This document shows, in pieces, positions 23,480-38,154 of a stretch of 64,000 bases of DNA. Every line of letters begins with the position of its first letter. Position 1 is the stretch's first letter. The position numbers and the translations under genes are program-made. The stretch is from positions 1,178,001-1,242,000 of the forward strand of contig NEEC01000012.1 in the NCBI GenBank assembly GCA_002189035.1. Reading direction: 5' to 3'. The notes under the pieces are model-generated. The model was not told the origin of the DNA, ran no database searches, and saw only the letters and a list, made by a program, of their open reading frames with translations. This DNA comes from Utricularia gibba (lineage: Eukaryota; Plantae; Magnoliophyta).

Positions 23480-26400
23480 GGGTGTTTGGTTTTATACTTG
23501 TAAGATTATGTAACCTTTCTACCATACTTTCATATAAACTTGGGATCAGTCTTGTTACTTATATCATCATAGAAAAATTTTGTTCCAATTGCCATGCGCA
23601 TCTCAATTTTTTTACAATAACTCATTTAAAAACGTTTCATACTGTTCGCTGCATATCTTTTCTGGGAGATGAAAAATTCCTTCTTTTTGAGAAAATTGAA
23701 TAATAAGATAAAGATTTATCAGTCTTAAATCTGACATCACAAATTCAGCTTTTATGACCAGCTTGACGCTATCAAAATATTGAGGATTTTTCCTTGTTAA
23801 AATCAAATCATCCATGTATAAATAGATCAAAACAAGATCACTTTTCTTACTGAACTTCATATACATAGCATGCTCATGAGGGCATCTGAAAAAATTTTCT
23901 TTGATCAGATAAGAAGGAATTCTCATATTCCAAACTTGTAGGGCCAGCTTCAAACAATGCAACTTATTTACATAATTTAATCGCTGCTCAACATATACTT
24001 CTTCCTGAAGCACCCCATCCAAAAATGCTGACTTGATGCCCATTTGATAAATCTATTCGTTCATTTTGTTTGTATCCCTTAGCCACAAGTCTGGTCTTGA
24101 ACTTGTCAATGTTTCTATTGCATGTTTCTTAACATGTTGCACCCATTCCTTCATTTCATTAATAGTCTAGTCATGAGTCACTTAGCTATGTAATCATTGA
24201 CGTGCATGGATGTACCTCCTTAACCTCAGTAACTTCATTCTAGCAACCATAGAAACAAACAACAAGAGTTTTTTTGTAACTTTGGCCTCATGAAATCAGT
24301 AGAGGGGTGCCACCCCCTTTACAAACCTCTTACAGTTGCAACCCCTCTTTCCTTTTCTTTTCAATTCCTCAACCTTATACCGTCTGGTGGCTAAAACTTC
24401 ATAAAAAGTTGTCTTAAGAATGCTTGAAATAATAGAGTATGTATCCACAACTCCCTCATAAGTATTCTACTTTAAAGAGTGGCACTGCATCTCAATCTCA
24501 TGATGCATCACGGTATATATGGATACTAAGTCATATTTTATGGACTTTTCCTCATTGAAAATTACAAATGAAAATCATATGAAAGCTAAGAAACAGAGCT
24601 TTCTCCAATAAAAAAAAATCTCCAAAATTCGAGTACCCAAAGGAGAATTACAAAATTTGGAATTTAGACTCGAAAACCAGTTTCTAGGGCTCCATAGATT
24701 TAAGAGGTTTTAAAAATAAATTCATAACTTTTTGCTCACATCCTCAAACCAAGAAATGCTTTTTGAGACATAATCAAAACTTAAAAGGATGAAAAGGTCA
24801 CATTTATCATACCCCAAGAATCATAGTACATAAAAAGTCAGATTTATCAATCAGTATGTAAAATTCAAAAACTAAGACTAAATTAGCACTACAATGATAC
24901 TTATGTGCAAAAATATAGAACTAAATTGGTCTGAACTAAGCAATAAAACTTAATTTTTATAGCACAAAATAAGTAAATTTTGCACATTGAGTCACTCAAA
25001 AATATGTGTTATCACATGTGCCATAAAACCATTCATACATCATTTCATTGATCTATTCATTAAATATAGTGTAGTGGTTACTGCATAACTCCAAGACTCT
25101 CAAGCCTATGAGCTATAATAAAGCTATTAGCCATTTTCAAAACAATTCAATTTTTCTGCCCCACCACACTTGTGGTGTTCTTGTAGTTGTAAGAGATTTG
25201 TAAACACCAATTTCTCTATCATTTAGAATAAACTCACCACCTCTATCACTTCTATGAGCTTTGATTTTTCAAACCATTAAGAAGTTCAACATGACTTGAA
25301 CAACTAAAACAAACCAAAATCAGGATTTTGGTTTCATTATATAAATCCATGTCTTTTGAGAATAATCATCAACAGATAATCGAAAATATTTATTTCGTTG
25401 AACTATTCTTCACTTAATAGGCCCCCACACACGTTTCCAGGAATCAATTCTCGATACTCATTTGGGAATTACAATCCTTCCTTCTTATGACATGTGTTTC
25501 ACATAATTGATTTGAATAGCCTATAAGCAACAATCCCCTAACCATTTCACTTCCTTTTAGCATGGAACGATCATCAAAATTTAAATGAATGTACCTTATA
25601 CTTTATTTTAATTCATCTGATTTATAGCATAAATTCAGGCATATTGGAAAGACATGATTAATTTTCAAGCATGAACATATGGTTGGCTATCATCTTCACA
25701 TTTGTGATTCTCTTTTTCTTTGCATCTTTGATCTTCAACCTATTATCTGTTAAAATAATCTCAAATTCCTTCTTGAGCATTTTTCCAAGACTCAAAATGT
25801 TGTATTTTAATCGAAGAATGCACAAACATCCGTAATGATTTTATGACTGCCATTCTTCAAGGAAAATAATATATCTCCCTTGTCTACCACTTGAAGTTTA
25901 GGATAATTTCCAAGAGAGACATATTCTCCATAAGAACTATCAAGTTGATAAAATAATGGTTGATCTCCACACACATGAAATCGTTTGCTCATGAGTCCAA
26001 ATACCAAAGATTTGAATCAAAAGATGAGTGTGCAACTTCTCAACAAGTCATGAGAAGAATTGTTGAGTTTTTTTCAACTTTTATTACTTTGGGAATTTTC
26101 TGCACAATATCATTCTTACATTTCCATAAATAATGGCTATTCTGGTGTCAAGAATAACATAGCATTTGATTTATCAGCTCGTTTGAATGTCCCAAACTCA
26201 TTACTCCTTCCTCTTCCTCTACAACTTCAATGGGCTCTCCTCATGAACTAGCAAGTATTTTCATTGTTCTGATTAGTCGATGTTGTGATCCAACACCCAT
26301 TTCCACAGCCTCAACCATTACTTCGACCTTTCCCCAACCTCTAGTCTTACCACTTTCAAAGGTTTTCAACATGAAGAAGTTATGCACTAGCCTCATCTTC

Positions 26401-28078
26401 GAGATGCTACTATGGGAAGCTAACCAAGTGTCAGTAGTAAGATCTCAAATATGACAGCCGTGCAAGTAAGCTTAGACTTGAGATCAACAAAGTTATCTTA
26501 ATCTTAAGCTCATATTTTCGGTCATTACTAATGGGAGGCTAACCATGGCTTGCCTAGTATGGATGGCTAGGGATGTGACTCCTTAAGTTTGGAGATAATT
26601 GATTGATCAATAAAAGATTCATCACTCATGTTAGTGATGAGATCATATCTCAAGTAATTGCATCAAAGCCTAACAGTAAGTCCTGGGCCCAAGGTAATGA
26701 CACTCGAATTGTTTGAGTAGGTCATTGAGTGTTAGTGCTTGAATGCAATTATAAGTTCGATACATCAGAAAGACACACACCCATGTTCTGGTATGGAATG
26801 AGATATAAGTATGATGAAAGCTGTTCATTGCATGGTGGCTGGTCATGGAAGGGCTCAATCAGTTCACCTGATTATTCTTTAATCTTGAGGATCATGATAT
26901 GTTGCTAGACATCACTCATGATCGATAATGATGGATTTGATTAATTATGAGTTAATTAATAAATCCATTATTACGACCTTGATTGAAGAAGCCTATAGGG
27001 TCACACCCAATAGTTGAGTCAGTCATCGATATAAAATAAAATAACACAATTACATGAGATGTAATTCGTAAGGTGGATAAATTAAATAGAGAGTTATTTT
27101 GAGATTAATATTGATTAAACTCGAAATAAAAGATCTCATATAGATATGATTTAAAACATATACATGTCTCCAAAAGATAAGATCTTTATGGAGATATAAT
27201 TTGATATGTCACAAAATATCTATCAAAAAGATTTAGATCTTGAGATCTGCTCAAAGGGTCTAAGTGCTCTCTGAGACTGATCCACAAGGAGATGTTTTTT
27301 TCTACTAGCAACTGAGAAATTCAACCCGCATTCAAGAGCCTTGAGAAGGTTATCGACGGTGTGCTCCACGTGTGGATACCATAGAGGCCATCTGGTATTG
27401 GCGGTTGGTGAACAACGGAGTCATCTGAAAGGTATTTTGAACATCCATTCGTCATATATATACTGTATTCCAAGATCTGCGTTTGGGGTTTCTCAAAATT
27501 TTTAAAATTCCGCTGCATTTGAGACATACGATGTCTGCGAGAAACCTAACACCAACAAAGCATCTCATGCTTGCTTCACATTTGTTGCTCTTGCAACCTT
27601 TCCAAACATTTTGTCATCCAAGACCTAATGGATCAATAACAAGTCTTTTTTGTCACGTTTTTGCATAGTACCATCTATGGTTGATATTGATGTAGTGGTG
27701 ATAACATCCACAACTTCACATGCATCAAATAAAACCCTCATTTTCAAGTGCTAATTCTCAAAGTTGTCTTTTGTGAGGAGTGCAAATAAAACAAGACTAC
27801 CACTGGACATTTTTTAGGATAAATAAAGCTATGATACCACTTTGTCGGAAGAGGGTTTTATGTTTCAAAAAAAATACAAGAACTAGTAAGAGAAGTTTTT
27901 ATTCATTCAACAAAAGAGATCAGCCCTCTCACATGCTACTACAATTTTCATATTTATAGCGGATGACTATCTCTGTTTAACTTTAATTAAGTATAACCAT
28001 CTAATAGATAAGATTTTAGAACTCCTTCAGAAGCTGCCACAAGGCTCTTTCATCCACAATTTACAGCACCCATTAACA
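23480..28078 (-). mobile_element. Old degenerate Copia element (5' LTR ~27843-28078, PBS, gag, protease, integrase, RT) interrupted by an Angela-like LTR
   Basis: PBS TGGTATCATAGC at 27828-27839 on the minus strand. Gag start PLLTKDNFEN*HLKMR. Protease region 25807-26007. RT IKSAFLDGVLQEEVYVEQ...LYMDDL at 23612-24043. Joining these pieces into one element is inferred from order and strand. Confidence 0.6.
26390..27551 (+). mobile_element. Angela-like Copia LTR, 5'-truncated
   Basis: Homologous to the reverse complement of 12481-~13175. Ends ...GAAACCTAACA at 27551. Confidence 0.7.
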
Positions 28079-29299
28079 AACACTATAAGAAAGGCTTCAA
28101 GTCTTGATCTCTAAGGTGATCTAGACTTGCCTCCTAAAGGTGAGCCTCCCAGAAGTTGGGGCTAAGGCCAAGCATGCCTACTGTTGATCTCTTGGACACT
28201 AGTGCTAGGCATGAGGGCATGGTGGGTTATATAAGCCAAGCCCTATAGGTATGGCTATCCAATGGTCAAAATGTAACCTGGACCTGGACCTGTTCACGTG
28301 TTGTTTCTATGGGTTTCCAACAAGCCTTGCCTACCTATGCATAGATCAAAGGTTCCTCGGTTGGACCAACCTATGAGTTTAAGAAGAACATAATTTTTTT
28401 TAAACCTTATTTTTGTAATTTTATATCAAATTTTATAAACAGCTAAAAACATATAAATCAATATATGTAATTAAGATGTCATGTGGGAGAGGTATATTTT
28501 TTTAATTTTTTTGGTAATATTTACAAAATCAATATATTTAAAAATATAGAAAAAGAGAACTATATTTCTAATTTTATTAATTTATTCTCACCTATGGTGG
28601 TATACCATATTGAAAACATATAAATTTATCCTTCCCATATAGGTCATGAGTTAATTTTGGTTGATTCAATCAGTCATTCACCTAGAAAAGGTTGAATCGC
28701 TGTTGGAGTTATGAGTGGAGTGGGGTCATGTCCACTACTATTGAAGACTAGTGCATTAGTCAAAGAGTACTTGACAATAAGCTCTCGGAAGTTATGCACA
28801 AGCTCCGGCCAGCTGCACACCCTTATCTTCCAACAAGCAGACACCACACTGATAGAAATGAATATCCTTGTCTTTCAATAGGATTTAGTTTGAGTCGGCC
28901 ATGCCTTGGCTTTCTCTACCTTCATTCTTGATCTTCTTGCAATTTTCCTCCCCATCCTAAAGCACCCTTCCCACCTTTGTAAAGCTACCATTTGGAAGGA
29001 ATGTATACTATAAGAAGAAAGCCAAGTTTGTATTAATCCTGAATGACATTGGTAGTCGATCTCAAGTAATTTTATGCATCTAGTAAGCATGACAGATCCC
29101 ACATATTCAAGAGGTGCAAAATGTACAAATTGACCACTCACTTCGAATTGTCAAAAGTAGTGTTTGAACAACTAATGTTTGTGGTAGTACTAGAATCAAT
29201 TATCAACTCTCAATAATTGCAAGTAAAACACTCATAAATACTGATAACCATTCCTAATGCCATCTAGAATATACCTGAGAATTCCATTTTCGATAGATT

Positions 29300-30960
29300 G
29301 ATAGACTGTGTAGGCATTTGCATGTGGGCACTGGAAGCTGTCTTTGATGCCAATAGTTGATTACTGGTCATCATCCTTGTCAACTCTCTTTTTATGACCT
29401 ATAAGAGATCAGTGTATGATGAGGTAGTAGATGTATGAGAAATTCCCTCATCCATAGGTCTTTCAGCACATTTTAGTGCAACCCTATAAGAGCTATATAG
29501 TTCACTTGCTGCCTAGGCTGCAACGGCACTTGCATATATTGGTTCCAAGGCAACCTTTGCTCTTTTGCAGCATTTTTACCACCCTTTTTTCTCCATTAGG
29601 GAGGGCATTCTTTAATCGTAAAATAATTTTATGGTAAATGATGTTGCTTGTTGTAGATGTAATAGAATGTAATAACTCTTTGATGCCCTGGTTCAAGATG
29701 TAGCCCCAAATTTCGATCTCGTGCAAATTTAATCAGCATAACTGAATCAGTATGCATATTCATTATATCAATCTCCTTTTTACACATTTGTTACTCAACA
29801 TTCAAAAAGAGCAATATAGGTGATGTGACCCTTTGATGTAAAGAGATTAGCAACCCATGAACATGAGGTGATTTTGATGTTTTGAAAGAAACCCATCCAA
29901 GTCTACTTTCCAAAGAATGAATCTATTGCAACTAGACTATGAAAGAAAGTAAAATTAGGAGTCACACTTTAGAATAAGTAGGGATTGGAATTGATAATCC
30001 TTGGACACCACAAACTTATAAACTTGATAAGTCAAGAGTGCTCAATTACTCAAAAAAGAGGAAATTCATCACAAAATTTAAGAAATGAACTAAAGGTTCC
30101 CCAAAGAGTACATCAATAGAGTAAAAATTAGGCTCTAACATTACAAAGTTTAAATTAAATTAAAAGAAAGACTATCAAGTGTAATAGCACATATCAATGA
30201 TGATATGTTTTGAGCCCTAAGGTAGATCCACTTTGAAATACTTTGAGCCCAATTTCTTACCTAAATGGTTGAGTAGATTTTTTAAGGTAGTTTCAATCTT
30301 CATGCTCTTATTTCTTGTGATTGATATACATGAAATGATCTTGCTATCCAAAGTATTCACATATGTAGCATCTTCAACATTCTTCAAATGTCCATAATCA
30401 TTTTGCTGCAGTTCATCAATAGGGCTTTGAAGTGTCATGGATTCATCCACACCCAAGATCTTATTCCAATTGACATACAAAATTTGATGCAAACCGAATT
30501 AAATCTATGTCAACTTAGTCAAACCAAAGAACTTTTCCACATATATTGCTATGCTACACCTCTCACATTTAGCTTTTGAAAACAGAGTATCCAACTCCTT
30601 TGATAGAGGTTCAATTTAGCATAATAATGCATAACGCTCAAATCACCTTGTTTCAAATTGTATAAATCAGATTGGATATCAAAAACCTATTGCTTTGACC
30701 TGTCCATAATGTGCTTCAAAATGGAGTTCAAAATCCAAGACATTAACATATAGTCATTTTTTATCCAAAGGCTGTAGGATGAATTACTAATTGGAGGTTT
30801 AGATATCTCACTAAGTATAACTCCTAGCTTATTCTTGGCTCCCAATGCCAATCAAACTTTCTGGCTCCAATTGAAGTAATTCTTTGTGTTTAGGAGCTCA
30901 CTTACTAGAGATGGACTTGGATGATCAGATCCTCTAATTTCTTTTCGGTTTGGTTGGAAA
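29300..30960 (-). mobile_element. Degenerate Copia gag fragment (RE1/RE2-like) interrupted by a CRM solo LTR
   Basis: Minus strand SDHPSPSLVSE, NYFNWSQKV*LALGAKNKLGV and LGTNICKCRCSLG. Boundaries approximate. Confidence 0.6.
29821..30418 (-). mobile_element. Older CRM-type solo LTR (family A, diverged) with intact TSD
   Basis: TGATGTGACCC...GTTCATCA on the plus strand. Perfect 5-bp TSD ATAGG at 29816-29820 and 30419-30423. Roughly 75-80% similar to 20218-20821. Confidence 0.88.
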
Positions 30961-30974
30961 GACTTTGAGCTTTC

Positions 30975-33900
30975 TGTTAATGAATTTAATGTTGCTCTTG
31001 GTTTTGTGTTTGAAAATAAACTTACTTCTGCTCGTTATTTACAAGCCTTGTGTGTGTTAGAATACATAATCCCACATCGGAAAATGAAAGTGGAATAGTC
31101 CAGTATATAAGAAATTACATATAACAAGTAATCGGTTGGGCCTAATCTTTTCTACTGTGATCAATGTTTCTTATTTACTTGGGCTTCACGTGTGCGCTTG
31201 CCCGACCCATCAAATCTTGAATTACAACACTGTGATTATCCCCCATCATATGATGTTCATAGTGCTTATGGTTCCATGTTTGTGTGTGAACCACGCTTTC
31301 CTAGTTCCAAACTCAAGGCCCATCACTTGAGGGCCCCTGCGCTGTTAGTTTTGAACAAGTATCTCAGAGGATGCTATTCTACCACTCACCAGGGCACCAA
31401 TGTGTTTTCCAAGGTGGTAGTGTTCTTCCTCTGGGCCATGATGAAGAAGATCCTGATCAACCTTGACTGGTGGATTGCCACGCACATGAATCGTGTCGCA
31501 TCGCGTAGCGAACGAGTACTTCCATTCGCATCCCTCATTACTAAGCTCGCGGTGCACCTCAACGTTGATCTCACTGCCAGCACACCCAAGGTGTATGCCC
31601 ATTTTCGGTACCTTGATTTGGTTGATCTTTTTCAGTGGAGTTACCTCAAGGAAGCTGGAGGCCGTGCCGTCTTTGTCTAAGCGAGAACGAAGAGTAAGAC
31701 CACCGTGATGCCGCAGAGTATTGTAGATCCATATGGTGACTCCTCTGACGTTCCTCTGGCGACTGCCCCTGCATCCCCGGACAAGCGCACCCTCCTGCTG
31801 GCTCTTCAAGATGTGCAGCGCCAGATCACTACACTGTCGTCCAAAGTGGACGCCCTCATCACCTCTCTGCCGCGCCATCACTAAGGTACCCTCCACCCTG
31901 CTTGATGATGAGGACATCCTCAGAATTAAGTGTGGGGGAGAAGCTCTTCTCTATTAACGAACTATCTTTCGTTACTGTATTTGGACAATTTTTCGTCTGC
32001 TTTATTTTCTATGCTTGCGTTTTTATCTATTGAGTCCGCCCATATCATGCTTCCTAGGTTAGATGACATCCATGCTTAGGTATTCCTTACGCATGCTTCA
32101 TGATTAGGGTACCTAGACTTGTCTTGCTGCTAGGAAAACTTTCTAGATTTTTCCTTACTCTAAATTTCTTGCTTTTATGGCATGCATTAGGGTTGAGATT
32201 CATTTAGGATTGCCCTAATGTTTATGTTGTACATTCGCGGCCCAGTGACACCTCACTTCAAAAAAAAAACAGAGTATGCCAAAGGTAAGAATTGTCTGGC
32301 GAAACCGTGGATGACACACACTTTACTCATGAACCGTGAGGTTTCGTAATCCAGACAGTACTTCCCAAAATGGGGGTCCTTATTCAAAAAAAAGAGAAGA
32401 AAAGAAAAGAAAAGAGGAATAAGTCAATATGGCCCAAACTTTTTAAAATTAGAGAGCGATCCCAAATTGTCTCTTCCCCGATTGTGTTGTTTGAGTAGCA
32501 TGCTTTAAATTGATTTGAGGAGTTTGGAAACAAATAGAAGGTGATACATACAGTTATATAGAGATAGGTTACCTTAGTCATGCATCATGAGTTAGGTACT
32601 ATCAGAGCTATAGATTGTCTATCTGTTTTCATACTTGAGGACAAACATGATTTAAATGTGGAGGAATATGTGAAGTGTCATTTTCTTACTATTTCTTAGA
32701 TTGTTTTAATGCTTAATTCTGATTAGAAATGTCCAATTAGGAGTCTATAATATGAGATTTAGGTTTTTATCTAGTTTAGGGTCATTATCCTAAATCTTGT
32801 ATTTTATTTATTAATTTTGCTAGTTTTAATTGAGTTTTTCTAGAGGCACACACGTGGCAGTAAGTGAGATAAAGAGGGCATCAGATGGTGAAAAATTGGA
32901 TCTTCCCGAGCTGACACTCCCTTGATTTCCGGAAGACTGTAGACGCCTAACCATGAACCTTGATGTGCGAAACATGGGAGTCCCTAACAAGTGACATCAT
33001 TAGCATACCAGTATTAGAGCAGACATTTGTTTGCAAGTCATCCCAAGTTCAGTAGAACCAAGGGGACACTAAATCTCAGACTCTCATGGAAGTTCAAATC
33101 TGTTCAGACGTTGGATTAACAGTAGTTAGTTTAGTTTTAGACTTTTGTTTCTCTCTCTAGAGGATTTTCCTCTAGCTTCTCTTTAGAACCTTGTTTTCGT
33201 TTTCTTTAGTTTTTATGGTCGTTCGCGGTTAGAAACTCCCCTTCTAGGTTGGGATACTCCCAGATCTATGTTTCGTTAGCTTATCTTCATCTCTTCTTGG
33301 AATCCGAACGGGTTCCGTATGTTTTCACGTGACTATGTTGCAGTCTTTCTGTAGCAGTCCCCTTATTCAGGATTCATGGTTAACTGATCACTACCCGCGA
33401 GTCTTGGAGAGGAGCAAGGTGGAGAGCACCAACTCATGCCCTTTTGGTAGGAGGAAGACAACATATTGTCTGTGGCGGTACCTTAGGATCAATGGACAGT
33501 TAGTGACCTCGTATCTGGACTCATTGGGTCATTGGCAACACTCGGGCACACGCGCACAATTCGGCCGTGAGGGTACGCTAGCAGGACCTCTTATTCTCAC
33601 GTTCATCCAAGGAGGAGCAACATCGGGCTATTCTTGTGCCTTCTTGCAAGAGAGTGTAAGGGACGGTAGACAATTCCGTACTCCTATAACCGAGTGCTCG
33701 AGAAGTCCAGAGAAGGGTGAAGACGCAACAAATATAGTTGGACGGAATTCCAAACCCAGGAACATTTACTTTATTTAAGTTTCATCGCTTACGTTTATTT
33801 TTGTTTTCTGTTCAAAGCCCCTCTTATTCCCTTACTCAAGTTTCATTATCAACATTTCTCACACCTTTTACTTTCAAAACCGTTTACAAATCGTGACAGT

Positions 33901-34022
33901 TGTATTTGGTGTACCTCATCTTTCACTAAAAAACGACTCCCTATGTTTGACACCCGTACTACGCTTTTGTGTTTAACGAGTTTTAAAAGTATTAAAATTT
34001 GTTGTGGAAATGACACGCATCA
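30975..34022 (+). mobile_element. 3' part of a second Athila-like element: env-like ORF remnant, internal PPT, 3' UTR, PPT, 3' LTR 32669-34022
   Basis: NEFNVALGF (~30980) and FFLWAMM...INLDWWIATHM...LPFASLITKLA (31192-31680). GAGGACATCCTCAGAATTAAGTGTGGGGGAG at ~31911. PPT-like GAGGACAAACATGATTTAAATGTGGAGGA at ~32637. LTR TGTGAAGTG...ACGCATCA. Confidence 0.8.
31055..31190 (+). mobile_element. Short LTR/TRIM-like 5' fragment inserted in the Athila env-like ORF
   Basis: Starts TGTTAGAATACATAATCCCACATCGGAAAA, a common Copia/TRIM LTR opening, with TATATAAG. The 3' end is unclear. Confidence 0.5.
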
Positions 34023-37000
34023 ATACACAATTCCTGTACACCTACCACACCATGAACAAATGTTTACAAGATTGTAGAGGACATTGTAAGGAAATACATA
34101 TTATTCCACCAATGAAACTCAATGAAACATTTGTCTACGTGTATTTATAGAGAAGATTACAAAAGCAAAATGTAATTCATCTGTGAGGTTATACTGAAGA
34201 ATAATTCATCTGCCCCTATGCAATACTCCGTCCGGATGACACTTCATCTTAATATGTGAGGTTATTTGTGACACATGAAACATGTCGTGGATACCTTGAA
34301 TATTGGCTCATAACTCAAATCAATACACTCTTTCCTCAATGCGTTCTAGGATTTTATACGATACCATGTAACATAGTCGTACCAATGCAACACCCTCACG
34401 TGATCACCTTTTAGGGTGACATCTTCAAGTATACTTGTTCCCCCACCTGAAATTCTAAGGGACTCCGCACTTCTATATAAATCTTCTATCGACTTTGTGC
34501 TGCCACCAAGTTTTCACGGATAATACAGACAGCTTCTTCTACGTACTGAAATCAACTCCAAGGATCCTTCACATCCCTACTTCGCCCCAATGCAACAAGT
34601 AAAAACAACGGCATCTGTACAAAGGTTCACATGGCTTCATCATCAGCCTTACTTGGAAAGCTATTATTATATAAACAAACTTCGCTAGGTAGATGTGCTC
34701 CACCATGTCCCCCAAAATTCTAGTGCACATCCATATGCTAGATCCTCAAACCTCAGAATGATGTGTTCGCACTAGCTATCTATCTAAGGGTGCATCACCA
34801 AGATCATCAACAGCTTGGCTCAACCAGAACTATCTATGTATAACGATTTATAAATTGGTTGTAGCATAAACACTCTTATTTGTGAATCCGTTGCTTAGTT
34901 GTTTTTAAAATTAGCCAGAGATCTAACCCCTACAAGTCCTTTTTTTTTTGTTAAAAAAATAACTTGAATGTATGGGAAGGTCTGATTTCCAGATGAAGAA
35001 TTAGCATACTAACCGCCTCTCATTTCTCCCGTACATTATCCATGGGAATTCTTTTTTATTAGGTCTTGCAACAATCAAGGGGGAGTTCAAATAAATTTAT
35101 GCTTGTTGGGAAACAGGTATAATTGTTATATTAATATTTTAGTTTTGTTAACTTACTATGTTTTCGCAATGGATATCTACCATTTTAAAAAAAATTAAGT
35201 GTTGACCATTAACTGGTTCGATAAAATTAATTTGGTCAATTTTGCTTATCATTTGAATAACAATTGGATGTAAACACTAGTTATTTTACTCATTTGAGTA
35301 ACTTATTCTAATGAAATTTATAACTCGTTCTCACTATCTAAATAATAAATCAAAAAGTGATACAAAGGTAGATTTATCCGACAGCCATGTACAATAGCAC
35401 TAATAAATTTATTTGAGAGATGGCCATCTTGCATCTACACAATCTGACAAAGGGCCACTTCTCGTCTATGCAATTTGAGAAATTATTATCTTCTTAAAAA
35501 CCTAAGAGAAATTGTGGTCCTTATTATGTAGATTTCAAGTAATTTATTAATTCTAGAAATATATTGACATGTTAATGTATATTCACATTTCCTTTTTTTT
35601 ATCAGTGCATATCTATATTCGTAGATATCATTTTATTAACACTTTAAAATTCAAAATATTGCATATATTTAAACTATACCATGTTAAAAAACCTAATAAA
35701 ATAGATATGTTGCAACATTTGATTAGTCGTTATACAATGCAAATATTTTCTAAGCATCATCATTATCCCCAATATATCGTCAAATTAAATTAATAGAAAA
35801 ATTTAATAACCGAATGTTCATAAATATTTCCAAAAAAAATTTTCTTAGGCATCATTTAATGCAATAAACGGTGCATACTATTTTTTTATAAAATATATTT
35901 TTAAAAAACTAAATGTTCATTAGTTAGATGCTATTTCTAATATTGTATCAACTTTCTGGAGTGGAATCCTGAAAAATGAAAAAAATTGAACTTTAGAATA
36001 GAGAGATCAATAACTATAAAATAATAAAAATATTTAATTTAAGACAAACTGTTTGAAATATATCAAAAGTTAGTCAATTCTAACTAATGAAACAACCAAG
36101 AATCTATCATATAAATCAAATATCCATACAACACATCAATTTCACACATAGTCTCATCCAAACCAACACCATATCAATGTGCAATCTTGATTGTCAATTT
36201 ATTATTTAATGATGCACTGAAGGTATTATGGCCATGTGACAGATGCCCCTGTTGCACCAATCACTCAAGGAAAAGAATTTAGATGTGGAGGAGTTAACAA
36301 TTTTCTTCTATAAGTAAAAAAATAAATATCACTCCACCGAAAAGGGGATTTACTAGGCCCTCCTACTTTTGTAACACCAAACTTATGGAACTTGCTAGAC
36401 ATATAAAAAATTATAATACAAAAGAAAAATACAGTAAAAAAATCATATAATCCATTGTACTAAACAAATGCTATAAATATTTATCTTCCAATGTTATAGC
36501 AGACACTTAAGTCATTTAAAATATTTATTTTCAACAAAATCTCCTTATCCACCAAACAGCACCCAAAAAATAGTTACGAATTTTTTTTAAAAAAAATATT
36601 CACATTGGATTGGTTCGACAATGTTTATTTTACTAAATATTGTTCGGCCAGAACTTTTAAAAAATACAATAAAAAAGTAGATTCAATATATTCAATAGTG
36701 GTATTACTTTTTTTATACAAAAAAATAACGTGAACATTTTAAAATATAGTCTAAGAAAAAAATTTTAGAATAATTGTTTTAGAGACACATCTGTGTTCTG
36801 AAAATTTTTGTAGTCTATTTTTATTTTTTAAAAATAAAAATAATTTTATTCTACAATACTATCATTTGTAAAAATCATTCTATCAAAAAATACTTTTGAA
36901 ATTGTACTACAAAAATCATTTTCTAGTTTATTTTTATTTTTTATTTGTATATTTCTAAAATAATTTTGAAAAGTAAAAATAACTTTTAAAGATTTTCTAA

Positions 37001-37599
37001 AACAATACTAATATTCTAAAATCATTAAATATGTAGCAACACAAATTTAATGCACATCAACCCTTCTTGTATACCGAACCATCGTTTTTCACCCGTTTCT
37101 TCCTCCCGATCCCCCACCTGCCAAAAGAGTCCATCTAATTTGCTAATATCTCCTTTGTATAGTGGAAGTGTCTCACCCTATCAAATTACACATTTTTTTG
37201 GATGAGTGATGTAGTATATATCCACCAATAGGAATATGTTATGGGCACTATTTGTTATTAGATGTATATTTTAGAGAATTTTGCCCACTTCTTTTTATTA
37301 GATGCAACACCTAAGTCAAGGACATTCAGTCTTGAAAAAGAATTTTGAAAAACTGTTATGCATCCTTTATACCTCTAAGTGATCCTAAGAACATTTTTTA
37401 TGGGTTAAAAAAATTGAAAACATTTGGGAAAAAATTGAAAACATGTATCAATGCGCAGGTTCTGCATTTGAGAACATGCTTAATTTGTGAATGGCTACAC
37501 TTGGATCTACTCTTGACATATTCATAATTGAAAATCAGGGTCTCCTTGGTTGTTGTATGGAGTTCTATTTTAATCTATGTTGTTTTATCCAGGTCATCG

Positions 37600-38090
37600 T
37601 CTCTAATGTGAACATCATTGATATTAACAAAATGTAACCCTTCCCAAATGAGAGGATTGCTAGAAATGTAAGAATATTGATGGACTTCTTCTCACATTTC
37701 TCCTTAGTCACAAGACTCTATTTATATACGAAAACAAATAAAGTAAAGATAAGTCTTCCACCCTAAATCTAAGCTATAAAAACAAGTAGGGACAAAAATT
37801 TTGTCACCAAAATAAATATTTAATTCATCTACGTCTTTTCCTACACTTGTTCAATTATTGTTTCTAACAAGCCCCCCTCGAGTTGATAGTGAGATAGAGC
37901 TGATAATCCCAAAATCTAAAACACATGACTCTAAAGCTAGATGTGGCAATGACGTTGTAAATAAATTTAACTAGTTGTTTTTTAGAACCAATCTTATGAA
38001 GCTCAATTAAACCATCTATTACTCCATTCATGATGATATGATAATCTATTTATTAAGACTAATGCTGTCCTTGTATGTTATTATCTGCTT
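37600..38090 (-). mobile_element. 3' end of a Copia element (RNase H tail, PPT, 3' LTR)
   Basis: Minus strand IDYHIIMNGVIDGLIELHKIG, then PPT CGAGGGGGGC (37871-37880), then LTR start TGTTAGAAA at 37869. Distal LTR end approximate. Confidence 0.65.
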
Positions 38091-38154
38091 TTGGTACCTA
38101 ACACTCGCAGTTTACGTTTTTCACAGCTTTGGAAGGAGCTTCCCAAGTGTTCAG

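Noticed and set aside
24275-25016. Possible TG...CA-bounded solo LTR inside the minus-strand Copia
   Set aside because: No TSD, no second copy in the window, and the family could not be assigned.
28700-29160. Minus-strand 88-aa ORF that looks protein-like
   Set aside because: No recognisable domain in any frame I read, and it lies among decayed Copia sequence.
33329-33778. 149-aa ORF
   Set aside because: It lies inside an Athila LTR and has no motif or coding-like composition.
34060-34900. LTR-like composition with TATTTATAG on the minus strand
   Set aside because: No termini, PBS, PPT or TSD could be placed.
36763-37021. AT-rich imperfect foldback resembling a MITE
   Set aside because: The inverted matches are short and in very low-complexity AT sequence, with no TSD.
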